Counted from the first letter of the whole stretch, positions 38,852 through 50,679 are shown. The stretch is DNA of 63,542 nt, filler included, from Octopus bimaculoides (GCF_001194135.2; 4 parts of 3 records of this genome joined end to end with filler, not necessarily neighbours in it); one strand, 5' to 3'. A program made the numbers and translations. The notes: a model not told the origin generated them from the sequence alone.

Positions 38852-40052
38852 GTCTCCCTGATAATTAATCGATATTAATTAATATATTAATATATGAATA
38901 ATTACCAGATCTTATAATAATTATATNNNNNNNNNNNNNNNNNNNNNNNNNNNNNNNNNNNNNNNNNNNNNNNNNNNNNNNNNNNNNNNNNNNNNNNNNN
39001 NNNNNNNNNNNNNNNNNNNNNNNNNNNNNNNNNNNNNNNNNNNNNNNATATATGTACGCATACACACACACACACACGAGTAAGTGAACAAACGAAAGAC
39101 AAAGGCTCTCAACACATCTAGCAGGAGTTGCATTATCTAAAGCAATTTGATTTGGTCCGAACCTCTAACAGAAAGGATCCCGCCTCTTTTAGATTACCGA
39201 TTTCGGTAATTCGGTAACCTAAGCCTGAAAGGGACGAGTTTCTATTAGAGACCCGGGAAATTTTAAGTCTCATGGAGCCGAATCATACTCTTTTAAATAT
39301 TATATAGCACGAAATCAGCAAAATTGGAAAAAGTTATGACGGAAGTCGTTGACCATTACGCTACTACCGAGAAATATCTTAACAGTCCTTCATTGTTTAA
39401 AAGTGCAAGGGTGTTATTTAATGGGGAAATTCTGTTTGCTTTCCTTCGTATGGCGAGCAATTACGATGAACTGACTCATTGGTTTGTTGTTGCAATATAG
39501 AATGGTACACAACCTGTTGATCAAATGTAGGGGGGGAAAAGAGAAGTATTTGACCTGATGGAAGGAATAATATCACGTGATATTAAATGAATGCTCAGTA
39601 TAATGAAAAGAAGAAAAAAAGTTAGAGTGATGGGTGATCGACAGGTGTGGAAGCTAAATAATACAGTTACTTCATAAAATTTCATAAATATCAGATATCA
39701 ATTAAAGCTTCAATAAACAGCTTTTATAATATATTGTGTTGGAGATGAATGTGGGGCAGCGGAGATGTATAGAGGGATGATACGGAGATTATTAGATCGA
39801 TAGGTGGTTGCCGAAGATTAAACGAGTTTACCGCTTCGCTTGTTGTTATTGATACTAATGATAATGACGATGATGATGATGATGATGTTGATAATGGTGG
39901 TGGAAGGGATGGTGCTGTCAATTATATTTCATTTATTTTACAAATTAAAAAAAAAAATTGCTATTAGATTATGAAGAATACGAAAATGATTAATAAAAAT
40001 AACAACAGTAACCAAAAGACCAATAATAGTAATAAAAAATATTAATAATAGC

Positions 40053-40120
<68 letters not shown>

Positions 40121-40139
40121 CAACAACAACAACAACAAC

Positions 40140-40189
<50 letters not shown>

Positions 40190-40511
40190 TAATAATATCA
40201 ATGATGATGATGATGATGATAATAATGACTGTAGTTATCAATTATAACATCAAATGTGCAGCTTTTCAAAGTTAATTGCAGAATCATGGTGAAGAATGGC
40301 AGCAGTCATTGAAAGAATTATGATTTATTTATTTGAGCAACGTGGGTTGGCGGTGGTCGAGCTGCAGAATGCTCAAAGCATGGAATAGTTACAAAAATAT
40401 TATTATTATAATCATAAGAGGAAAGATGATAATGTTAATTTATATGTTAATATGATATTCTTCTTCTTCTTCTTCTTCTTCTTCTTCTTCTCATTATTAT
40501 TATCATTATTA

Positions 40512-40588
<77 letters not shown>

Positions 40589-40657
40589 TTATAAACGTAC
40601 AACCAATTAGATTGTTGGAAAAAAAAAGATTCTTAGCATCGAGCTGCAAAAGTAACC

Positions 40658-41000
40658 TTAGATGCCAAGAACCTTCCTAAGTATCCTTGCTGTCCCTATT
40701 AGTGCTGTTTTCTGGAGCTGCACTATCTATCTGTTCAAATCTTTAGATAATGCACCTATAACTACGGGAATATATTTTCCCTTGGCATTCCATAGACTCT
40801 GTAACTCAATTGATAGGGCCTGGTACTTTACTGTTTTCTCTATACTTCTCATATTGATTTTCTTATCATTTCCGACTGAGAAATCAATTACCTGGCACCT
40901 TCTATTCTCCTTGTCTACTACTATTACTACTACTACTACTACTAAATCAGGACTTCTAGCTTCTGTTATTCTGTCCGTCTGAATATTGAATCCCACATAT
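40658..41000 (-). pseudogene. RLE non-LTR retrotransposon (R4/Dong-like) endonuclease domain remnant
   Basis: WD-FNIQTDRITEARSPDLVVVVVVIVVDKENRRCQVIDFSVGNDKK...EKTVKYQALSIELQSLWNAKGKYIPVVIGALSKDLNR*IVQLQKTALIGTARILRKVLGI*. Shows the PD..D..K nuclease signature. Confidence 0.9.
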
Positions 41001-41102
41001 TATTGTTACTATTATATGAAAACACACAGCGTATTTTGCTGGGTATGCTGGAAAGTTTCAGCTGACCACTGCCAGCAGACTAAGGTGACACTTGTTTACT
41101 GG

Positions 41103-41330
41103 TCATGCTTCAAGAACTCTGAGGAAAATTCTTGCAATTCCAAGCAATGGTGATTTTTGTAGATGTTCTACCTTCACACCAATCTTTTTCAGCCATGTTG
41201 AAAGCTGAGTGTTGATACTTCTAAGTGTACCAATTACTATTGGTATCATATCTCGTCTCCTCATTGACTACAACCTTCGTATTTCCCACTTTAAATCGTC
41301 ATAGTTGTTTATTTTCCTTCCTCTTTCACA
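41103..41330 (-). pseudogene. RLE non-LTR retrotransposon C-terminal remnant
   Basis: KINNYDDLKWEIRRL*SMRRRDMIPIVIGTLRSINTQLSTWLKKIGVKVEHLQKSPLLGIARIFLRVLEA*. Confidence 0.85.
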
Positions 41331-41337
41331 TTGATTC

Positions 41338-41406
<69 letters not shown>

Positions 41407-41611
41407 CATTATTATTATTATTATTATTATTGTTGTTGTCGTTGTTATTATTTACTGTTAATCAGTATGCATGTTACAATGGCTTGCAGAAAGACACCCA
41501 CAGTCATAGGACGAGTGAAGGATAAGAGATATTACAGTACAACTGAAAGCATATGGAGGAGAAGGGGTAGGGGAAGTAACGAAGTATCTTCATGTAATAC
41601 GACACAGACAT

Positions 41612-41790
41612 TTAAATTGATAGGGTTTTTCTAAAGATGTGGGCAGTACTTGTCAGCACAATCTTTGGGATTTCTCTGATACATGGTTCTCCTGGGATGT
41701 TGTCTAGATATTTCTGACATCTTTTTTATCATACCTAGGACACTTACGATAACAGGAATAGTTCTCGCTCTAAGATGCCACACCATATGT
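41612..41790 (-). pseudogene. RLE non-LTR retrotransposon C-terminal remnant
   Basis: MVWHLRARTIPVIVSVLGMIKK-[fs]-CQKYLDNIPGEPCIREIQKIVLTSTAHIFRKTLSI*. Confidence 0.83.
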
Positions 41791-41986
41791 ATTATTTTTG
41801 TTGTTGTTGTTGTTATTATTATTATTATTTTTTTTTTCTTCTTTTTATCGGAGGTTTTGTTGGAACTCCCGGAGTCTTGCATGCTAGCTGCAGCGTACGA
41901 TACCATGATATCCGTTCTATTATTATTACTATTATTTTATGTTTGACTTTTGCTTTGCATTTGTACAAGTTGGATCCAAGTCTCAC

Positions 41987-42092
<106 letters not shown>

Positions 42093-42101
42093 ATTCCTTC
42101 G

Positions 42102-42245
42102 TAATACAGTGTAAGTAAAAGTGCACCGGAGTATTTAGTTATCTGTCAAGTCACAACAAGAACCTCAGACAGATAATACTTCCCTTAAGATGTGCGCTGT
42201 TCCCCAAAAGGCTGATGGGATTTCCAGTTGCCTTAAGAAATCTTC
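42102..42245 (-). pseudogene. RLE LINE extreme C-terminus plus 3' UTR, fused to family E
   Basis: EDFLRQLEIPSAFWGTAHILREVLSV* (stop 42165-42167), short UTR, then a (CAA/TAA)n tail. Confidence 0.7.
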
Positions 42246-42684
42246 ATAAACAGCACATGGTCTTGCAGGTGGGGCTCCAGTTAGAATTTTCTGCAGGTCG
42301 AGTAGCCCATCCCAATCAAAAGGTCCACGAATAAGCGTTGTTTAAGGATGTTGAACGAATCTCCCGTATTTCCAGAGGTGAATTACTCAAACTTTAAAGA
42401 ATTCCTTTCAACACATGGCTATGATACTCCCCCACTACTTCTGCTTGTGGCTCACGATATGTGCATCTCTGCTTGTGATCAGAGATGCACATATCGTCAG
42501 CCATCAAGGGACATGCCCATTTGGTTAAAGGTCAAACAACTGACAAGCAAATATGTGGTATTGAGCAGTATATATTTGCTGTAGCCCATCTTTTTATACC
42601 AAGACAAAACAATGTACATGATAAAACTTTCAATCAGTTAAGATAAGAAGCCATGAGAGCCAGTGCCTTGTACTGCATCCGGGC
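42246..42684 (-). mobile_element. Family E repeat (lacks its own 3' end)
   Basis: Colinear with ~17490-17892. Confidence 0.85.
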
Positions 42685-42843
42685 ATTTATTATTATTTGT
42701 TATTATTATTATTATTATAATAATAATAATAATAATAATAATAATTATTATTATTATTGACGTCGATTTAATCGAGTAGTCTCCTCCCCACAAATTTCAG
42801 GTCTTGTGCATTTATTAGAAAGGATTACTATCATTATTATTAT

Positions 42844-42951
42844 TGAGTGAGAGAGCAGTCCTTGCCATCAAAGTGACACTGGGGTAAAATATACAAAGCC
42901 CATTATACCCATCATGACTACCAGTCTGATAAGGGTACAGGTCGAGTAGCC
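42844..42951 (-). mobile_element. Family E 3'-end fragment with internal deletion
   Basis: Matches 17336-17432, then jumps to CAGGTCGAGTAGCC (cf. ~17535). Confidence 0.8.
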
Positions 42952-43049
<98 letters not shown>

Positions 43050-43077
43050 ATTATTATTGTTATTATTACCATTATTA

Positions 43078-43250
43078 AGTTGAGCTGGCAGAATCGTTAA
43101 CGCGTCGAACAAATTCGTTCCTCGAAGTCGACTGTGCCTTTTTTTTCCTTTCGATGTCGACGAAATAAGTGTCAGTTTGTTCTGGGGTCGATTTAATCTA
43201 CTTAAACCCTCCTCCAAAATTGCTGGCCTTGTGCTAAACTGTGAAATCGC
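43078..43250 (+). mobile_element. SINE family B, diverged
   Basis: GAGCTGGCAGAATCGTTAAC head; CTGGGGTCGATTTAATC and GGCCTTGTGCTAAA tail. Confidence 0.75.
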
Positions 43251-43347
43251 TATTGGTAGTAATACTAACGATGATGTTGGTGATTATCTCTCGTATTATT
43301 TTATTAGAACAACAACAACGACAACAACTAAAGAAACAACAACAATG

Positions 43348-43720
43348 ATAATAATTCTTTGGGATATGTCAATATACACAGATAGATAGCTGCAATATAA
43401 TCGATGAGATACCAATCTCATACGGAAGGAGTCCCAGATATGGATTTTTATCCACGTAGCTTCACCTACAGACCAGGATATTGTTAAGGATGAGAACGAG
43501 AAAGTCGAGAAGTACCAAAAGCTTGCAATGGAAGTGAAAGAATTTCATTCAGCCTCAAAAGTGTATGCGATACATATCGTGATCAGCGCACTTGGGATCA
43601 TCTCAAAGAAAGCAATATTCTGGCATGAAAAGTGCTGAAAATTCGAAACTTTACAGGCAGTGCAGTGTTGGCAGCAGTAGTCGCAACAGCGCATGTTGAG
43701 GGAATTGTTGCGTTTGTAAT
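43348..43720 (+). pseudogene. RLE non-LTR retrotransposon endonuclease domain remnant
   Basis: ILWDMSIYTDR*LQYNR*DTNLIRKESQIWIFIHVASPTDQDIVKDENEKVEKYQKLAMEVKEFHSASKVYAIHIVISALGIISKK...ATAHV-RELLRL*. Confidence 0.85.
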
Positions 43721-43804
43721 CTGCGGAAAAGAGCTGAGGCGTGACACAGCTCGAGTAAAGGGAAGGAAAGAATTATTTCTGCTTCAGGTTGAAAGCTTGA
43801 AATT

Positions 43805-43955
43805 TTGAATGAGAAAATAGTCGATCACACCGATCCTAGTGCTCATTTTATCGACCACGACAAAAATGAAAGGCAAAGTGACCTTAGTGGCATTTGAACT
43901 CAAAACATGAACCCGGAAGAAATGTTGCTAAACCTATTATCCGGCACGTAAATAA
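43805..43955 (-). mobile_element. SINE family B, diverged
   Basis: Plus strand shows TTTTATCGACC...ATGAAAGGCAAAGT...TTTGAACTCA, the reverse complement of the family B core. Confidence 0.7.
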
Positions 43956-45744
43956 TTTTCCCCAACCTTAGTCTTTTTTTTTATCACCACCACTTATGCT
44001 AGCAATTAACCTTCTATATAATAGAAAGCTTGAGATTCTACTAGCTGCATTGTGCGACTGGTAGAAAATTTAAAACGCCTGGCAAAATTGCAAATGTCAG
44101 ATGCTTAATCTTACTCTATGCTTAAACAGCTCAATCATGGAGATAAAAATGTTTAGCGAAAGGTGACCGCAACTAATCAACATTTAGAAACTTCACTGTC
44201 TAGCTGCGTATTATTGGTTACAAATGTCTAGACATTGTCGCACATGCTACCCACTAGACTTCTGTGGACCTACGGGCCTTATTGGTAGATGACTGTCAAC
44301 ATATGTCAAACGTCTGCATAGCAAACGTTCAGTTGTATTGTATGCTTCAATCAATACTGCAGCTGTATAAACGCAAGGAACTGTAGCTAAAATTTGCAAC
44401 CACACTATTAAATATTGTGCAAATAGTCGCAACTTCAGTACATACTTGTGCATTGGCAGCCAAAGAATCTTAAGCCTTCAGTTTATACGTGTTCGAGCTA
44501 CCAGTTCGCATTCCTTCAGAAAAGTATCGACTAACGTGTTTTCTGTGCTGTTCGAGAACATTACAGGGTTATTGTCTCTCAATTCCACTATATCCTATAA
44601 CAGACGATGAAGAGCCAAAACGGATACAAGTGATGAAAAGATATATCATCGATGAATCAAGCTCGTGATACCTTAGTATCTCCACAAACGATTTAACACT
44701 ATCACCGAGCCGGATTCCCTTGACTCTACCTCGAATCAACCCACAAAAAAAAAAGAAAAAAAATACGAAGAGAAATCGGCTGCCATTAGCACAGTCGCCA
44801 TTTTAAATACATAAAATTGATCGTATAATGACAAGTACTATTAAGTATTAATATCCTTATCCTTATTGTCATTATAATGAACATCACAATTGTAATCATT
44901 TAATCATTATTTTCATCCCCAGCCACCTCCTCCACCTCAGCGTTATCGACGTCGTTGTCACGGTGATGATAATCATCATCATCATCAGCAGCATTGTCAT
45001 TCTACTCTAGATTTGTGCGAAAGCAAAACGTATAAAAGCAAAAACGACAGCCTCAACAACGATAACTCATAGAGTCAGACAAGATTTCTATGTTGCCTTC
45101 TATTTTTGTTTTGTGTGTAAGGCCGTCAGCAGATATTGATTAAAATAGAATTGAAGTAGCAAAGTTGAGTGGTCCGACCATTCTAAGTGGAGTAGCTCAG
45201 CTTCCTCCGCTTCTAGTGCTGTTGACTCATTGAACAGAATGAAGAAGTCATCTCTCTTCACATACGGTTTCGATCCCTCACCACCCCAGTACACCAATTA
45301 TTTGTACTTTCTCTCTCCTTGAAATTTATTTTTTCGTACAACGTTTCTCGCAATGTCTATTTTTTTCTCACTATTTGGTTCTGAAGGTTCAGAAAGTTTC
45401 ATTTTATTTTATATATATATATATATATCATATATATTTTCATTTTCTCTCAAAATGTCAATCGATGACATTGATATAGTGAATATCTGTGGCTTGCATC
45501 AGTTAAACCAGTCGCCTATTGCTCACACGTTTCTCCAAACACTTTCTCAACCTCTCTCCGCCATCACATATCCATAACCTATGCTGGTAATTCAAACTGT
45601 CCAAAAACATCCACTACGTTACTAACACAGAGGCACACTTACATACACTAACATCCTGGTAACATATGCTTACGCACACACGATATTCATAATAAATTTG
45701 ATACTGATAATGCTACTGATAAATGATAATACTGATTTTTATTT

Positions 45745-45890
45745 TAGGTAAGTACAAGGTCAGAAATGTTTAGGTGTAGAGAGTGATAGCGGTCAATTAT
45801 ATCGAACCAGTGCTTGACTAGCACTTAATTTTATCGATACCTGGTAGATGAACGGTAAACTTGATTTCAACGGGAATTATATTTAGAACC
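45745..45890 (-). mobile_element. SINE family B fragment, highly diverged
   Basis: CACTTAATTTTATCGATACC...GATGAACGGTAAAC resembles the reverse complement of the core. Confidence 0.55.
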
Positions 45891-45934
45891 AACAACAACA
45901 ACAACGAAAACAACAGCAACAATACTAATAATAA

Positions 45935-46148
45935 TGATTTTAAAGTTGCCAAAAGGGTAGCCATTTTGGTGGAGGGGATGAGTCGATCACATCGACCCCA
46001 GAGTTTAACTGGTACTTAATTTATCAACCCCCAAAAGGATGAAAGGCAAAGTGGACCTCGGGAGAATTTAAGCTCAGAACGTAGCAGCAGACGAAATACT
46101 GCTAAGCATTTCGTCCGGCATGCTAACGATTCTACCAGCCCGCCGCCT

Positions 46149-46150
<2 letters not shown>
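45935..46150 (-). mobile_element. SINE family B
   Basis: Reverse strand AAGGCGGCGGGCTGGTAGAATCGTTAGC...GCCTTTCATCCTTTTGGGGGTTGATAAATTAAGTACC. Confidence 0.87.
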
Positions 46151-46193
<43 letters not shown>

Positions 46194-46255
46194 CACACAC
46201 ACACACATACACATCCACGCATACGCGAATGCACATACACACATCCGCATATACA

Positions 46256-46409
46256 ATGAGCTTCTTTCAGTTTCTGTCTACCAAATCAACAAAGAAAGTT
46301 TTGATTGGCTTTGGACTATAGTCGAAAAAACTTGCCCAAGGCGGAACGCTGTGGGACTGAACCTGAAACTATGTAACTGGAAAGCAAACATTTAGCTACA
46401 CAGCCATGC
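46256..46409 (-). mobile_element. SINE family A, 5' half, diverged
   Basis: CTTCTTTCAGTTTCTGTCTACCAAATC...CTTGCCCAAGG...ACACAGCC. Confidence 0.78.
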
Positions 46410-46838
46410 ATCAATTTTTTTCATCAAATATACCAGTATATTTCTATAAAGCCACAAACACCGCTACGTAAGCACGTTTCGAACTGATTTTGCCTCCTGG
46501 GTTCTCGCCCCATTTCAGGCATCCAATTTTAGGTCTGCAGAAAGTAAAAATCTATATCTTTAATAGTAAATAATTTATTCATTTTGTAATGTCTCCTTTA
46601 AAATATATTGGAATTATTATTTAGTTCACATACACTTAGAAAACTGTCCCATTTAAAGATTCTACGAGTGTACTTGACGATCTATCATATAAGAATACAG
46701 AAAGACACATATATGTCAGGTCTCTAAAGTTTACTGGTTGCTTAAATATATTTCAGTAAATTTGGTCAAGTGTCGCTTTCGCTGTGTTAATTGGATTTGC
46801 GTATAAGATGCATGCATGCGTACCTACCTACCTACCTA

Positions 46839-46905
<67 letters not shown>

Positions 46906-47249
46906 GTCTGCCTGTCTGTCTATCTATCTATCTATCTATCTATCTATGTATCTATCTATCTATAAATCTAAAGTAATTGAAACGATTATAAATCCAGTAA
47001 AATGCAAAAAGACAACAATATTATTGAAGATAAAAAGTGAGGAAATGATAAAAATATAGATTTTAAAAAGTGAAAGATGAAAAATAAATACTGCCATGGC
47101 GTGCAATTGGTTTGAGAATGTGTGTGAGAGAGAGGAAGGTGTTACACAAGCGTGTTCATGTCTCAACAATTGTAAACCGATTCTGAAAGACAACCAGCAT
47201 GCTTAGAAATCACGGCGTAGCTTGGTGACGTCGTAGAATAGTCAATATG

Positions 47250-47296
<47 letters not shown>

Positions 47297-47520
47297 CTCA
47301 CACGCGTGTGTATGAAGAGCTGCGTAGATGTAGTGATATGAAAAACCAAGCTGAGGTGACAGAATAAATGCTAATACGGCGAATGTATGAGTAAATAAAA
47401 ATATTCGATAACAAGATTATATTTTTGAGAGAGATCATTGCTGGAGAGTGGAATTATTATAATGATACGGAAGCATAAAAATATTAATGTAACAGCAATA
47501 TATGTATTTTTATCTTCTAT

Positions 47521-47719
47521 CTCTTACTTGTTTCAGTCATCAGACTCCAGCCATGCTGGAGCACTGCCTTGGAGAATTTTAGTCGAACGAATCAACCTCA
47601 GGGCTTATATTTTGTAAGGCTTGTAATTATTCGAAGTCTTTTGCCGAACCGTTAAGTTAGAGGACTTAAACACACCAACACCGGTTGTCAAGTGCCGGTG
47701 AGGGACAAACATAAACCCT

Positions 47720-47776
<57 letters not shown>

Positions 47777-47826
47777 TTATGTATATGACGGACTTTCCAG
47801 TTTCTGTTTTCCAAATCTACTCTCAT
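47521..47826 (-). mobile_element. SINE family A, 3' portion
   Basis: CTCTTACTTGTTTCAGTCAT...CCATGCTGGAGCAC...GCCGAACCGTTAAG matches 20-200. Confidence 0.82.
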
Positions 47827-48154
47827 ATGCACGCAAGCGTATACTCGTACACACATATATACATAGACACGTTGTCACTCTCGTACAAAACACACACACA
47901 CACATATATATTTAAATATATGCATGCATATACAAACATTCAGATACGTAAAAAGAAAGGACTTAAATATAAAACGGAAACAATAAGGTAGTGTTCCTGT
48001 AGACGTCAAATAATAATGAAAAATGAAAATAACTCGAACGAACAAAACAAAACCAAACTAAAGTAGGAATGCGTAAAATGAGTGTTGTATAAACAGTGCC
48101 CCCCGCCACCACAGACATGGGTATATGCATATATATATTTATATATATACACGT

Positions 48155-48305
48155 CTAGTTCTTTCAGTTTCCGACTTCGAAATGTACCTTTTGGAGAACT
48201 CTAGGCTAAAGTATAAGAGATTTGGCCAATGTGTTATACAGTGGAATTAAACCCGGAACTATGTATTTAGGAAGCAAACATCTTATCACACAGCCACTCC
48301 TGTGC
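48155..48305 (-). mobile_element. SINE family A, 5' half, highly diverged
   Basis: TTCTTTCAGTTTCCG...AACCCGGAACTATG...CACACAGCCACTCCTG. Confidence 0.72.
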
Positions 48306-48439
48306 TTATGAAAATATATTTTAAACATGTGACTTTGTGAAAAATGCAACTGTAGCAATTTAAAAGCCAGGAGGCATCCGAGGAGCGAAAACAAAAATCT
48401 GTCGAAGTGTAAAAATTGTGTAGAAGTAGCAATGAAGTG

Positions 48440-49090
48440 TTATTAAACGATTAGGATTGGCGGAAGATTTAGACTCTACAGTAGCACGCATCAACAAATA
48501 ATTTGTTTGCTGATTGCTTTCAACAAGAGTCTGTGTTATTGTTAAATTTATCGGTCCGGGATGAAGTTCCCTTATGTCAATGAATCGTGAATATTATAAA
48601 CACACCACGTCTAAAGCGAGTTAGCCTCTCATGTCGAAAAACAACAACGGTTAGATATTCACATCCGAATCTACCAGAATGAATGCAGAAGGAAGAGATA
48701 CGCTATAATTTGCATTCGTACATTCGTGCAGTTTATGAATTATCGGTTTGGTAGGTACCAGTGCACATCAATAAATATTTTGTTTGCTGATTTCTATAAA
48801 CTTGACCGTGAACTCTTATTGAATTCATTGGTCGAAGTTAGCTTTCACTGAGGAAACAAAATAAGGTTGAAACACAGCGATGTCTCAAAGTCCCCTTTAC
48901 ACCCTTTACATCGCTTTTGTTATGAATAGAAATTGCCTAAATCGAGGTGCTGTTCATTTGAATATGCTAGAACGTATTGCGAATGAATATGCACGCTGTT
49001 GTTTGGGTTCTCGCTGTTTAACGTACACTTCACGAGCTGTATGAAATATTATAGCGGACAAATACTTACTTTGTTGTGATCCTCTTCGCT
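48440..49090 (+). mobile_element. Tandem ~280-bp HHR-containing units (retrozyme-like, family 3)
   Basis: Marker CATCAA(C/T)AAATA(A/T)TTTGTTTGCTGATT at ~48489 and ~48766, degenerate at ~49054. Blocks GTCTAAAG(C/G)GAG and ACAT(C/T)CGAATCT(A/G)CCAGA are shared with 20530-21060 on the reverse strand. Confidence 0.78.
48842..48890 (+). ncRNA. Type I hammerhead ribozyme, family 3, intact core
   Basis: CUUUCA-CUGAGGA-AAC(AAAAUAAG)GUU-GAAA-CA(CAGCGA)UG-UC|UCAAAG. All core nucleotides, 3-bp stems II and III, GUC triplet, stem I 5 of 6 bp. Confidence 0.85.
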
Positions 49091-49348
49091 TCGAGGCATG
49101 ATGTAAAAGATTTCTGCCAGCAATTGCGACCGACTCCGAATAAGAGGGTCACACTGTCTCCGCGAACATTTATTTATGCATTAAATATATAAAACAGAAT
49201 GTAATCTTTCTGCTGTTTTCACGACTATGCTGCGTTTGAAATATTATTTTCTTGTCTGCATAAAGTGATATACATTCGTCGCTTATAGTATTTTTGCATT
49301 CCAGAAGTTATGTATATAGCGCTTAATTTGGCGGAGGCTGCTGTCAGT

Positions 49349-49420
49349 GGGCTGTGCAGCGTAATGGTAGCGTACTCACTCGGTATCCAAAAGTAACTGG
49401 TTCGAGTCGCGTAGCTGTCT
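49349..49420 (+). pseudogene. tRNA-like head (tRNA pseudogene or truncated SINE)
   Basis: A-box-like CAGCGTAATGGTAG and B-box GGTTCGAGTC at tRNA spacing. Anticodon arm does not fold; isotype not assignable. Confidence 0.55.
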
Positions 49421-50600
49421 GTTGATAATGTTCTTTTTCTATCTTATAAACGTAATAATACCTAATTTTCAGCTGTTTTCCCGACTATACTGCGTTTGAA
49501 ACATTACTTTCTTTTCTGTAGAATAAGAGTGTATGTCGTTGATGAAGGTTCTTCAATTGATACTTTGTGTTTAGTATTCGTTCAAAAGTTTAAAATAAGA
49601 GAACTTTACATCTGAGTAACGATTTATGAATATTTAGGTTTGATAAGATGTAGTGTACGTATGTACGTGCGTCTGATTGCGTTGTGCGTGTGTGCAGACA
49701 TATCTTTATTCGAATAAACAGGGACTATTTTTCTGAGCCTTAGTTTCATTTTATAGCCTTTTTGGTCGAATGTATAGATCAGTGGACTGAGAGAGAAAAA
49801 AACAGGGTGTGGGGAGAGAAGGTACTAATGACGTGTGTATATTTTTTTCCTTTTCACCAGACCAAAGGGCTGAATGTGGGAAGCTGCCGTTCCGGAATGT
49901 AATCTTTGCTTTCTTTACACATGTTTTTGTAGCGAAAATATGCAAAAAGGACACATACAGACGACCGTCGTGCGCTCACAGGCACACAGTCAAACACATA
50001 TACATGTATTTATACACTCATATACGCGCACTCGTATTTTCGCACATATATACATAGACAGGAGACATACATATATACATGAACACGCATTCACACACAC
50101 ACACACATATGCTTGCATATGCAAACATACAAATACGTAAAACGAAAGGAGAACGAAAATATAAAACGGAAACAATGCTGTAGTGTTCCTGACGACTTCA
50201 AATAATAATGAAAACTGAAAATAATTCGAACAAAACCAAAATCATACTAAAGTAGGATTCTGTAAAATGAGTGTTGTGTATACAGAGGGGAACCCCGACA
50301 TACATACACCCATACATACACATATATATACATGTATACATACAGTCTCATATATATATGTATGTAGATATGTGTGTGTGTATGTATATATGTATGTTAT
50401 ATACATACATATATACATACATGCATATATACATGCACTCTCATGTATATATGCATATATATATGTGTGTGTGTGTGAATGTATATGTGTGTGTAGGTAT
50501 ATATATGTGTGTGTATGTATGTATGTATATATATATATATATATATATGCACAAAAACGCACTCACATATGGAAATACATATATACAAACGTAAGTACAC

Positions 50601-50679
<79 letters not shown>

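Larger units (their letters stand above)
47926..50285 (+). repeat. Diverged ~170-bp direct repeats (47926-48096 and 50115-50285), 2189 bp apart
   Basis: Shared blocks AATATAAAACGGAAACAAT, GTAGTGTTCCTG, CAAATAATAATGAAAA and CTAAAGTAGGA..GTAAAATGAGTGTTGT. Weaker similarity extends ~100 bp upstream. Confidence 0.85.

Noticed and set aside
49349-49420. Functional tRNA gene
   Set aside because: Anticodon and acceptor stems do not pair; kept only as a tRNA-derived relic.
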